64,000 nucleotides of DNA, taken from positions 78,547 to 142,546 of the forward strand of contig JAZLBQ010000007.1 in assembly GCA_045613785.1 (NCBI GenBank), read 5' to 3'. The DNA is from Candidatus Enterousia sp. Its GTDB lineage: Bacteria; Pseudomonadota; Alphaproteobacteria; Rs-D84. Position numbers and translations under genes: made by a program. Below, one piece after another: positions 8,804 to 17,874 of the stretch (the stretch's first letter is position 1; every line of letters begins with the position of its first letter). Under the pieces are notes generated by a model. The model was given only the letters and a program-made list of their open reading frames with translations. It ran no database searches and had not been told where the DNA came from.

Positions 8804-9448
8804 ATGTCAAATACAAAGCAAAGAATTGTTGTTGCTGCTGCAATGGTTGCTGTTGCGGGGCTTGCGGCATTGGGTGAATATTTTGGTATTCATTTGGTTC
8901 GATTTTTAGGGATTGCAATTGTTGTTGCAATGATTGCAGAATATATTGTCCAGCTACGTCGTGCACCAAAGGATTTGCTAATTCAGAATCAATTGGTGTT
9001 TGCTGGCTTTGCATTACTGTTGTTGTTTATGTTGTTATCAGCAAACGCAGTATTTGCCCGTCCGTGGATTGTCTTGCTGCTGTTTATGATAATCTGTGGT
9101 GCTGATGTTGGTGCCTGGTTTTTTGGTCGTCTGATTGGCGGGGACAAGATGTGGGAACGTCTGTCGTCTGGCAAAACATGGTCAGGTCAGATTGCAGGAA
9201 TTTTGTGCGGCACATTTGCGGCTGTAATGTATGGCTTGCTGGGTGCGGATACATTTATGCCACAGTTGTTGTGGATTGGAATCGGTGTGTCATTGTTGTC
9301 GCAATACGGCGATTTAACTGCCAGTTGGATTAAACGCAAACTGGGCATCAAAGACTTTGGTACAATTTTACCGGGGCACGGTGGTATCATCGACAGATTT
9401 GATGGCTGGATTTATGTTTTGCCAATTATCTGGTTTATTATGTTGTAA
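8804..9448 (+). CDS. cdsA: Phosphatidate cytidylyltransferase
   Basis: SSGKTW.G, GDLTASWIKRKLGIKDFGTILPGHGGIIDRFDG; ATG at 8804. Confidence 0.93.
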   Translation: MSNTKQRIVVAAAMVAVAGLAALGEYFGIHLVRFLGIAIVVAMIAEYIVQLRRAPKDLLIQNQLVFAGFALLLLFMLLSANAVFARPWIVLLLFMIICGADVGAWFFGRLIGGDKMWERLSSGKTWSGQIAGILCGTFAAVMYGLLGADTFMPQLLWIGIGVSLLSQYGDLTASWIKRKLGIKDFGTILPGHGGIIDRFDGWIYVLPIIWFIML

Positions 9449-9478
9449 TGGTTATCTTATAAGGAAAAGGGGATTAGT

Positions 9479-10546
9479 ATGCAGATTTTATTGACCGTTG
9501 TCGCATTATTGATTGTTCTGGGCGTGGTTGTTTTTGTGCACGAACTTGGGCATTTTCTAGCGGCACGTTGGGCTGGTGTGCGTGTTGATACCTTTTCCAT
9601 TGGTTTTGGACCTGCAATTATAAAATGGCATGATAAACATGGCACGCTGTGGAAAATTGCATGTTTGCCATTGGGTGGGTATGTTTCCATCTATGGTCAA
9701 GAAGACATGTTCAACCGCAAAAAATATGCAGACTTGCCAGCAGATAAAAAGGTTGGTCATTACCTGTCTGTCCCTGCCTGGAAACAGTTTATTATAATTG
9801 CTGCCGGTGTCTGCATGAACTTTTTATTGGCTTGGGGGATTTATACGTCGTTATTCATGTTCCAGCCACGTTTGGTTGCAAATTCTCAATTACCAGTTGT
9901 CGGCCAAGTTATCCAAGAATCTGTTGCATTTAATGCAGGTGTAAAACCGGGCGACACGATTGTCCGCATAGATAACGCCAAGATAACTAATTGGGGGGAT
10001 TTAATTCTGGCCAAAGAACTGGCGTCTAATCGTGATGCAGAAGTTTTAATTGTGCGTAATGATGCCTTGGTTCAGGTTAAATTAGCACCATCTGAACGCT
10101 GGGGGATTGTTGCAGACGGTGCACGTCGTGCCGACCCAGAACGTCAAGGTTTATTCCGTGCAATGTATTCTGGTGCACGTAAAACTTACTATGAATCAAA
10201 AACATTATTGGTTGTTTTGAAACAAATAATCACGGGCGAGCGTTCATCAAAGCAGCTGGGGTCGTTTATCACTATTGCTCAATATTCTGGTTTGGCGATG
10301 GCGGCAGGTTTCTTTACATTATTGTCGTTGATTGCGTTATTGTCTGTAAACTTGGGCATTTTGAATTTATTACCATTACCGGTTTTGGACGGTGGATACC
10401 TGCTGATATTGATTATCGAAGGCATTACACGTCGTAAACTTCAAGGGCGTGGTATGGAAATCGCAATTATGGTTGGTTGGGTATTGATTCTTGGTTTGTT
10501 TATCCTGACCATGTGGAATGATTTAGCACGTGTATTTGGGTTATAA
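9479..10546 (+). CDS. rseP: Intramembrane zinc protease RseP with PDZ domain
   Basis: HELGH, FSIGFG, PLGGYV, NLLPLPVLDGG. Confidence 0.95.
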   Translation: MQILLTVVALLIVLGVVVFVHELGHFLAARWAGVRVDTFSIGFGPAIIKWHDKHGTLWKIACLPLGGYVSIYGQEDMFNRKKYADLPADKKVGHYLSVPAWKQFIIIAAGVCMNFLLAWGIYTSLFMFQPRLVANSQLPVVGQVIQESVAFNAGVKPGDTIVRIDNAKITNWGDLILAKELASNRDAEVLIVRNDALVQVKLAPSERWGIVADGARRADPERQGLFRAMYSGARKTYYESKTLLVVLKQIITGERSSKQLGSFITIAQYSGLAMAAGFFTLLSLIALLSVNLGILNLLPLPVLDGGYLLILIIEGITRRKLQGRGMEIAIMVGWVLILGLFILTMWNDLARVFGL

Positions 10547-10548
10547 TT

Positions 10549-12822
10549 ATGCAAAAGATTTCTTTACTAACATTAGTTTCTTGTTTCGTTGCATCGAATT
10601 TATACGGTGCAACGGTTTCACGCATTAATGTATCAGGTAATCAGCGTATGGATTCTGAATCTATTCGTATTTTGTCTGATGTGAAAGTTGGTGATAACGT
10701 TGGTGAATCTAGGTCGAATCAAATTGCTAAGAAATTACAGGAAAGTGGTTATTTTTCCAAAATCAACGTCCAAATGTCTGGCAACACGTTGAATATATCT
10801 GTAACAGAATCACCGATTGTAAATATGGTTACTGTCGAAGGTAATGACGAAGTTTCGACAGATGATTTAAAGAAAGAAATCAAAACAGCCGAACGGACAT
10901 CATACAATGCATCAACCATTGGTGCAGACGTTCAGCGTATGTTGACAGTCTATCAACGCCAGGGTTATTTTGGCACCAAGATAGAACCTCAGCGTATTGA
11001 CTTGCCTGACAATCGTGTAAACATCGTCTATGAAATTACCGAAGGGCACCCAACCTGGATTACAGACATTGATTTTGTTGGAAATGAAAAGTTTTCAGAT
11101 CGCATGCTGCGTGGTGAAATTTTGTCTCGTGAACACGCCTGGTGGCGTTTTATGACCCAGTTTGATACATATGATTCTGACCGTATTCAATATGATGGTC
11201 AAATGTTGCGTCAGTTTTATTTGCGTAATGGTTATGTCGATTTTTCGGTAAAAAATACAGCCGGCACATTTACGCCTGACCGCCAGTATTATTCGGTTGT
11301 ATTCACTGTTGACGAAGGCGATCAATATAAGTTTGGCAAAATAACCGTTGACAATCCATTTTCTGATATTCCAACCGATATTTTGACAGACGTTATTGTT
11401 ATGGATTCCAAAGACGTTTATAACGTTGACCAGGTTGATGAAACAATGTCGGCTCTGCGTAGTGCGGTTGCTGATTATGGGTATGCCTTTATCCAGGTTG
11501 AACCAATTCCAACCAAAAATGACGATGAAAAAACAATTGATTTGGTATTCAAAATACAAAAGACCAATCGAATATATTTAAATTCAATCAATATTCTGGG
11601 CAACGTTCGCACATTTGATTCAGTGATAGAGCATATATTGCCTATGCGTTCAGGCGACCCTTTTTCATTACAGACAATCGAAGAAGGACGTCAAAAGCTG
11701 ATGCGAACCCGTTATTTCAAAGATGTCCAAATGATTCCGACCCGTGTAGCGGATTCCAATATGATGAATTTGGATGTCAAGGTCGAAGAACAACCGACAG
11801 GCGAATTGTCTGGTGGATTTGGCTGGTCTAATATCAACGGATTTATGGTTGATGCTGGCATCACAGAAAATAACTTTATGGGGCGTGGTCAGATTGTTCA
11901 ATTGCGTGCCTCTATTGCCCAGTATCAGAAACAGGCATTATTTAGTTTTACTGAACCTTACTTGTTTGGTCGTGCATTATCTGGTGGATTTGATGTTTCA
12001 TATACAATGTATGATTATTCCTCATTGGGCAGTTTTGGTTATGATCGTGACAGTTTAACGATTGCGGGTCGCCTGGGGTGGCGTTTGACAGACCACTGGA
12101 CACAAAATGTTCGTCTGTCTGCATCTTTTGACCAGAACTATGATATATATTCTGGCTGGCGTGATGCAAATCTTTACACATTGGGAACGAATTTTAGATA
12201 TTATAATCTTGATACAAACTTTACCCAGAACACACACACAGGTGTTGTTGCAAACCTAGGCATTGCATATACGGGATTTGGTGGCACAGAAAGTTATATG
12301 CGATACAGTGGTGATATTGTTGGTATGGTAAATTTCTGGGACGATCGCTGGCAGTTGCGTTCATCACTGGATTTTGGGTATATCCAACCGCTGGGGGACG
12401 ATGATTATGTATCTCGTGTTTATCGCTATTTCTTAGGCGGTGAATCATTGCGTGGTTTTGATGTGGCGGGTGTTGGCTCTCGTTTGTGGTATAGCAATAC
12501 GTATGCGCTGGGTGGATTGTGGAAAATCAACGGTTCAACGCAGTTAAATTTCCCAATATTTATTCCAGATGAATATCAGATAAAAGGCTTTGTGTTTGCA
12601 GATTATGGTATTCTGGGCAAGCCACCAAAAACAGACTATTATTATCCACGTGGTTCAACATTTGAAAACCATATTGATGACGATTTGCGGACATCGGTTG
12701 GTTTTGGAATCTATTGGAATACGCCGATGGGGCCAATGAATTTCAGTTGGGGCTGGCCGTTAAAGATGAACAAATACGACCGAGAACAACGTTTCTTACT
12801 ATCGTTTGAAACCCAGTTTTAG
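10549..12822 (+). CDS. bamA: Outer-membrane protein assembly factor BamA
   Basis: POTRA repeats, LGGESLRGF, TPMGPM, terminal Phe; synteny with rseP. Confidence 0.96.
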   Translation: MQKISLLTLVSCFVASNLYGATVSRINVSGNQRMDSESIRILSDVKVGDNVGESRSNQIAKKLQESGYFSKINVQMSGNTLNISVTESPIVNMVTVEGNDEVSTDDLKKEIKTAERTSYNASTIGADVQRMLTVYQRQGYFGTKIEPQRIDLPDNRVNIVYEITEGHPTWITDIDFVGNEKFSDRMLRGEILSREHAWWRFMTQFDTYDSDRIQYDGQMLRQFYLRNGYVDFSVKNTAGTFTPDRQYYSVVFTVDEGDQYKFGKITVDNPFSDIPTDILTDVIVMDSKDVYNVDQVDETMSALRSAVADYGYAFIQVEPIPTKNDDEKTIDLVFKIQKTNRIYLNSINILGNVRTFDSVIEHILPMRSGDPFSLQTIEEGRQKLMRTRYFKDVQMIPTRVADSNMMNLDVKVEEQPTGELSGGFGWSNINGFMVDAGITENNFMGRGQIVQLRASIAQYQKQALFSFTEPYLFGRALSGGFDVSYTMYDYSSLGSFGYDRDSLTIAGRLGWRLTDHWTQNVRLSASFDQNYDIYSGWRDANLYTLGTNFRYYNLDTNFTQNTHTGVVANLGIAYTGFGGTESYMRYSGDIVGMVNFWDDRWQLRSSLDFGYIQPLGDDDYVSRVYRYFLGGESLRGFDVAGVGSRLWYSNTYALGGLWKINGSTQLNFPIFIPDEYQIKGFVFADYGILGKPPKTDYYYPRGSTFENHIDDDLRTSVGFGIYWNTPMGPMNFSWGWPLKMNKYDREQRFLLSFETQF

Positions 12823-12825
12823 GTC

Positions 12826-12855
12826 TTGACGGATATTGGAAAAATTGCGTATAAT
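12826..12855 (+). promoter_or_regulatory. Sigma70-type promoter
   Basis: TTGACG-N18-TATAAT upstream of the ORF at 12884. Confidence 0.6.
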
Positions 12856-12883
12856 TTGAACATAAGGAAAAGGGGGAATACCA

Positions 12884-13030
12884 ATGAAAAAATTACTTTT
12901 AGGTCTGTTTGTTGCAGTATGCTTGGCTGGTTGTGGCCAGGTTTATGACCGTGAACCTGTTGGTGTTGGCTTTGATAATAATGAATTAAAACTTAGTCCT
13001 TGTGCCTGCATAATGGTTTACCAGGCGTAA
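12884..13030 (+). CDS. 48-aa lipoprotein, VirB7-like (below the ORF-track cutoff)
   Basis: MKKLLLGLFVAVCLAGC lipobox; C-terminal LKLSPCAC; RBS and promoter present. Confidence 0.7.
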   Translation: MKKLLLGLFVAVCLAGCGQVYDREPVGVGFDNNELKLSPCACIMVYQA

Positions 13031-13058
13031 AATCCTTTCGAACGGGCAGGGGGGACAT

Positions 13059-13763
13059 TTGAATTATCCAGACGAATTTAACACACCGACATTTCCTGCG
13101 GGGCCTCGCATTGCATCGTCCCGTGCTGTTTCTATTGCGATAATGGCAGTGTTATTTTTGATTATGTGTGCGTGTGGATTTTTATTATGGGCTCAACGCT
13201 CTGCCCAGGTTCACCCATTTTTAGTATCCATCAATAATATAACTGGACAGTGGGATATCATAGGTCATCATCACAATCGAACACGTGAAATTACAACAAC
13301 ACAATCATTACAAGAATCGGTTATTGGAAAATTTTTAACCAGTTGGTTTTGGATATCGGGCAATGAACGCCTGAATGCGGCACTGTGGAAGCGGTGTGAT
13401 TATGCCGCAGATTGTAATCCTGAATCTCAAACTTCAAATGAAACAGGGCCTGTGGCGTGTTCATTATATTGTTTAACAGGTGGTGGAATATTTTCCAGTT
13501 TTACTTCTGATGTTATGCCGGATTATGAACGGCGTGCAGCATCTGGTGAAACTTGGATGGTTGACATGTCAACTGTTCAGTTTGTTCCACTTGGGACAAT
13601 TGGTGCAAATGGTGGTTCTTGGCAAATTCGTGCAACAATTATGTCGAACCTAAGCGAGCCGATAAATATATTGGCCTATGCCCAGGTATCACGCAACACA
13701 GAAACATATCCACAAACATTGGGTTATTACATTTCGGACTTTAATGCGTATAAGATGAACTAA
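13059..13763 (+). CDS. VirB8-like bitopic membrane protein
   Basis: One TM helix, PFLVSI, helix ESVIGKFLTSWF and C-terminal LGYYISDF resembling the VirB8 end motif. Confidence 0.5.
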   Translation: MNYPDEFNTPTFPAGPRIASSRAVSIAIMAVLFLIMCACGFLLWAQRSAQVHPFLVSINNITGQWDIIGHHHNRTREITTTQSLQESVIGKFLTSWFWISGNERLNAALWKRCDYAADCNPESQTSNETGPVACSLYCLTGGGIFSSFTSDVMPDYERRAASGETWMVDMSTVQFVPLGTIGANGGSWQIRATIMSNLSEPINILAYAQVSRNTETYPQTLGYYISDFNAYKMN

Positions 13764-14404
13764 TGAGGAAGTTGATATTATTTTTATCAGGCTTGATATT
13801 ATTGGCAGTAATGTTTGGTGTCATTACTGTGTCTGGCTTGATATATGATACCAGTGCCAAGACCACTGTTGAAACGTATTTCTTTCAGCCTGCTGATAAT
13901 AATTTGCGTCGTCCTGGTGTTCCTGTATCACCATCAGATTTGGGGGACGAAGCGATGCGTCAACGCCTTATTTCAAAATATATCACAGAATATTTTTATG
14001 TGACCCCCGATACGACAGATTTAGAACGCAGAAAATCTGGACAGACTGCATTGGCACGCATGTCAACACGTGCAGCATTTGATACATGGTTGGCAACTGC
14101 TGTTCCTGAAATAGAAGAATTATCTACCCAGGGTGCATTACGCACGGTTTCTTTGATTTCTGCGACCCAGCGTCCAAATGAAAAGTATTGGGAAATAGTT
14201 TATGAATTAAAGACCTGGTCAAAATCGAATAATTTTTCGGTTTTGCCGACAACAGACCGCGGCATTTTGTATCTGGATATCTTTTATCAGCCTGGTATGC
14301 GTGCCATGGTTGGGAAAAAGACCATCGAACAATATCTTGAATCCGGGGGCGATCCTGCTGTTGTGTTCAGATTTGGTGTCTTAGATGTTGCATCACAGAA
14401 CTAA
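13763..14404 (+). CDS. Second VirB8-like bitopic protein
   Basis: One TM helix, RLISKYITEYFYV, MST..AFD.W, YWEIVYELKTW, C-terminal FRFGVLDV; coupled to the upstream gene. Confidence 0.45.
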   Translation: MRKLILFLSGLILLAVMFGVITVSGLIYDTSAKTTVETYFFQPADNNLRRPGVPVSPSDLGDEAMRQRLISKYITEYFYVTPDTTDLERRKSGQTALARMSTRAAFDTWLATAVPEIEELSTQGALRTVSLISATQRPNEKYWEIVYELKTWSKSNNFSVLPTTDRGILYLDIFYQPGMRAMVGKKTIEQYLESGGDPAVVFRFGVLDVASQN

Positions 14405-14423
14405 CGGGGTTAAAATAAGAATA

Positions 14424-15203
14424 ATGTTTATGCGTTTGTTTACAATTTTATTTCTGACTATAATTATACCCGTCTGTGGATACGCAGCGTCTGATGCGTT
14501 TGATTTTGAAAATTTTGCAATTATTGACAGCACGGACGCAGACCTAACGACAGAACCTGTTGCACTAAATTCTGATGCTGATGTTGTGGGGGTTGGCGGA
14601 TTTGATGTTGCGGGTATTATGTTGGGGATGTCATTTGACGATGTTTATTCTCTGTTTTTCAAGCAAAATGGTTTATATGCACCACGTCGTCAAAACGGTA
14701 TAATTTATACAATACATCCTGATTGGAAATATAACTTGGATTATGAGTGTCGCAATCAAGGAACGGTAATTCCATCAGAATTGGAAAAGTGCATAAACAG
14801 CCTGGCACGTGCCCGTGGATTATTGTATGTGTCCCAGGTTCATCTTGTTCGTGAAAACACTGGTGAAACATTGACTGTATATTTTACCAGCAACGCAACA
14901 GATAACGTTGTTTACCGTGTTGTTTATAATAACGACGTTAACGTGCAAGAAGGTGCGTCTGAAAAGTTTGCCAAACAACGTGAAAACAAAATATTATCTT
15001 TTTGGCAAAGTGTGTTGGATAAATATGGTGCACCAAATTCTGGCACTGACCGTTGGATATCCAGCACCAGTTCATATGATCCAATGCTGATTGCGTATTA
15101 TGGTGCATTAGATTTAATTGACAATGGTCGTAATGCATCTGACCAGGTAAAAAACAGTCAGTCGGCACGTGAAAATTTCCGGGCAAAACCTTATGCATTC
15201 TAG
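14424..15203 (+). CDS. Exported hypothetical protein
   Basis: Signal peptide, long ORF with host-like codon use. Confidence 0.7.
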   Translation: MFMRLFTILFLTIIIPVCGYAASDAFDFENFAIIDSTDADLTTEPVALNSDADVVGVGGFDVAGIMLGMSFDDVYSLFFKQNGLYAPRRQNGIIYTIHPDWKYNLDYECRNQGTVIPSELEKCINSLARARGLLYVSQVHLVRENTGETLTVYFTSNATDNVVYRVVYNNDVNVQEGASEKFAKQRENKILSFWQSVLDKYGAPNSGTDRWISSTSSYDPMLIAYYGALDLIDNGRNASDQVKNSQSARENFRAKPYAF

Positions 15204-15543
15204 GTCGTCATATCAGCGTGGTTTATTTGCGGAATTTCTGGCACGCACATATTTGCGACTGCACGGTTTTAGGATAATCAAATCCAGATATATAACCGGT
15301 CGGCACACGAACCGTGCTGAAATTGATATTATTGCCCGTCGTGGGAAACTGTTGCTTTTCATAGAGGTAAAAAATCGCCCTAGTGTATTAAAATCATTCG
15401 AGGCAATCACTGCCGTCCAGGCTTCACGTTTGCGTCGTGCTGCCGAAACTTATATTGTTCAAACAGGCTGGACAGGCGATGCACGCTTTGATGTTATTTC
15501 TGTATCTGGTTATAAAATAAAATGGATAAAAAATTGCATATAA
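15193..15543 (+). CDS. yraN: YraN/UPF0102 family putative endonuclease
   Basis: G..AE..A..YL...G, EIDIIA, LFIEVK, RFDVI. Confidence 0.9.
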   Translation: MHSRSSYQRGLFAEFLARTYLRLHGFRIIKSRYITGRHTNRAEIDIIARRGKLLLFIEVKNRPSVLKSFEAITAVQASRLRRAAETYIVQTGWTGDARFDVISVSGYKIKWIKNCI

Positions 15544-15608
15544 ATATTGCGATTTGGATATAAATCCTATATAATGACAAATGTTGATCATAACAAAAAG
15601 GAGAACAT

Positions 15609-15758
15609 ATGAAAAAAGTTATGTTAGCATTGTTTGCTGTTTTGACATTGGCAGCTTGCACTGGTTCATATAAATCAGGTAATTGTGAATATGATTTCTT
15701 GCTGCACAAAGATATTTCAGTTTCAAAAATCATCGGCAATATGACCGGCGGTTGTTAA
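15609..15758 (+). CDS. 49-aa lipoprotein, YhfL/DUF4223-like (below the ORF-track cutoff)
   Basis: MKKVMLALFAVLTLAACTG...NCEYDFLLHKDISVSKIIG resembles YhfL NCSYDYLLHPAISISKIIG; AAGGAG RBS. Confidence 0.75.
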   Translation: MKKVMLALFAVLTLAACTGSYKSGNCEYDFLLHKDISVSKIIGNMTGGC

Positions 15759-15760
15759 TA

Positions 15761-15842
15761 AAAATCCCCCGATTGGGGGATTTTTTTGTGCTTTTATTTT
15801 TTTTGCGACAAAATAAATACCCCACCATTAGGTGGGGATATT
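15761..15842. terminator. Two hairpin terminators between convergent genes
   Basis: aaaatccccc-gatt-gggggatttt and ccccacc-atta-ggtgggg. Confidence 0.75.
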
Positions 15843-15843
15843 A

Positions 15844-17091
15844 TTATTTTTGTCTTGAAAAACTGTAATCCATCAACAAGTGATTTGGATTATATTTTTT
15901 ATTCATGATTGCCAACGTGTCTTCAACGATAACCAGTTCTTCGTTAGTTGGAATCATAAATACCTTTACAGGGCTGTCAGGTGTGCTGATAACGCTTTCG
16001 CCAAATCCCTTGCGAGCCAATGTCTCAGCGTTCTTTTTGACATCTAACTTGATACCGATGTTTTCCAGTCCTGTGCAGAAACGTTCACGCAGATATTCGT
16101 CATTTTCGCCAACACCTGCTGTAAATACAACTGCATCAACACGTCCCAGTTCTGCCATATAAGCACCGATGTATTTTTTTACATTTTGAACTTCGGTTTC
16201 GATGGCCAAGCGGCACAAATCATTTGTTCCCTTGTTTTCTTCTACATCACGACGGTCTGCATAGCATTCTGTGATACCTTTTAATCCAGAATCCTTGTTT
16301 AAATGAGTCTGCATTTGTGCAGGGCTCAGTTTTAGTTGTTCCATCACATACAATACAACACCTGGATCCAAATCGCCTGGGCGTGTTCCCATTGTCAAAC
16401 CCGACAGTGGTGTCATACCCAACGAAGTATCTACGGAAATACCATTTCGAATAGCAGTTGCAGATGCCCCTGAACCGATGTGCATTGTAATCAAGTTGCA
16501 GTCTTTTGCTGGTTTTCCCAACATAGCTGCTGCACGTTTCGAAACATACAAGTGGCTTGTTCCGTGGAATCCATAGCGACGAACGCCTAATTCTTTATAC
16601 CATGCGTTTGGCACGGCATAGCGGTATGAATAGTCTGGCATTGTCTGATGGAATGCAGTATCAAACACTGCGACCTGCTTTGCATTTGGCAACAACTGTT
16701 TAGCAGTCATAATACCACGCAGTGCAGGTGGGTTATGCAATGGTGCCAAAGGCGACAATTTATCAATAGTCTTGATAACTTCATCTGTAATTTCAACTGA
16801 AGAAGCGAATTTATCACCCCCCATAACAACACGATGACCGACACCGCCGATTTCGTTCAAATCAACAGAAGCTTCACGCAGCATAAACAGAACTACGTTC
16901 AAAGCCTCGTCGTGATTTTTCATAGAAGTTTCCTTCTTTTGCTTTGTTCCATCTGGATACTTTTGAGTAACAAAGGAATCAGGCAAGCCAATTTTTTCAA
17001 CATTACCACCAACGATGGCTGATTTTGTATCTGCGTCAAAGACCTGATATTTCAGGGACGAAGACCCACAGTTCAGTGCAAGTATATACAT
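15844..17091 (-). CDS. ackA: Acetate kinase
   Basis: LNCGSSSLKY, GHRVV, APLHNP, VFDTAFHQT, RRYGFHGTSH, FTAGVGEN, PTNEE. Confidence 0.97.
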   Translation of the reverse strand: MYILALNCGSSSLKYQVFDADTKSAIVGGNVEKIGLPDSFVTQKYPDGTKQKKETSMKNHDEALNVVLFMLREASVDLNEIGGVGHRVVMGGDKFASSVEITDEVIKTIDKLSPLAPLHNPPALRGIMTAKQLLPNAKQVAVFDTAFHQTMPDYSYRYAVPNAWYKELGVRRYGFHGTSHLYVSKRAAAMLGKPAKDCNLITMHIGSGASATAIRNGISVDTSLGMTPLSGLTMGTRPGDLDPGVVLYVMEQLKLSPAQMQTHLNKDSGLKGITECYADRRDVEENKGTNDLCRLAIETEVQNVKKYIGAYMAELGRVDAVVFTAGVGENDEYLRERFCTGLENIGIKLDVKKNAETLARKGFGESVISTPDSPVKVFMIPTNEELVIVEDTLAIMNKKYNPNHLLMDYSFSRQK

Positions 17092-17144
17092 ATTTCATCC
17101 TTTTTTCTTCTTCGCCCCCAGCATAGCAAACGATATTATTGTTT

Positions 17145-17717
17145 TCAACAGTAAACTCGGAATTTTACGTCCCAATTTTCATCATTTACATATGTTGTTT
17201 CACCTGTTTCTTTGTGGCTAACCCAGTATTGTTCATATCCGACCATAAGGCAAACATGAAGGCCATTTTCATCTGTGTGCGTATTAGGTATAGGGTTGGT
17301 TCGGTTGCCGATTCCAAAAGCGTTTACAACATCGCCAACTTGATAGCCTGCATCAGAGGCTTTACAAACCAGGGTAGTTTGAATAAATTCAGGTTGTTTA
17401 TCAGTATTGATGATAAAGTCCAGAAACGCACACTTGCTGTTGATTGGCACAGTGCGTGTTTCGATTGTATCGAAAGTTTTTGGAGCAAATTTTTCAACGA
17501 TCTGTGTCCAGAATTCATCTGGGACGGTTTCTATGTCGATATTTCCAGAATTTGAATTTATCTGGTCTGCACGTGCCAGTGGTATTCCACCGATTGTCTG
17601 ACCGTCGTGGACACGCAGTGTTTTATTGTCGGTATCCATTGTGATTTCACCAATCATACCTGTAAAATTATCGTGTTCGTTTGCCGAGCCACGCCTGATT
17701 TGTATTATTCGTGACAT
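17145..17717 (-). CDS. Second Mtd-N-domain (tail-fibre-like) protein
   Basis: IQIRRGS..EHDNFTG..GEITMDTD.KTLRVHDG.T.GG, paralogous to the N-terminus of 972-1484. Confidence 0.7.
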   Translation of the reverse strand: MSRIIQIRRGSANEHDNFTGMIGEITMDTDNKTLRVHDGQTIGGIPLARADQINSNSGNIDIETVPDEFWTQIVEKFAPKTFDTIETRTVPINSKCAFLDFIINTDKQPEFIQTTLVCKASDAGYQVGDVVNAFGIGNRTNPIPNTHTDENGLHVCLMVGYEQYWVSHKETGETTYVNDENWDVKFRVYC

Positions 17718-17874
17718 AATCTCATCCTTTTTATTTTAGATTTTTTAATTAAAAAATCCCCACCCAAACGGGGCAGGGAATATAAAAAAGCAAACGCCAC
17801 CAAAACCTGGTGACGATGTCGTTATTATATCACAAAAACACAAAAAAATCAAGCCGTTTGATACAGGGTATATT

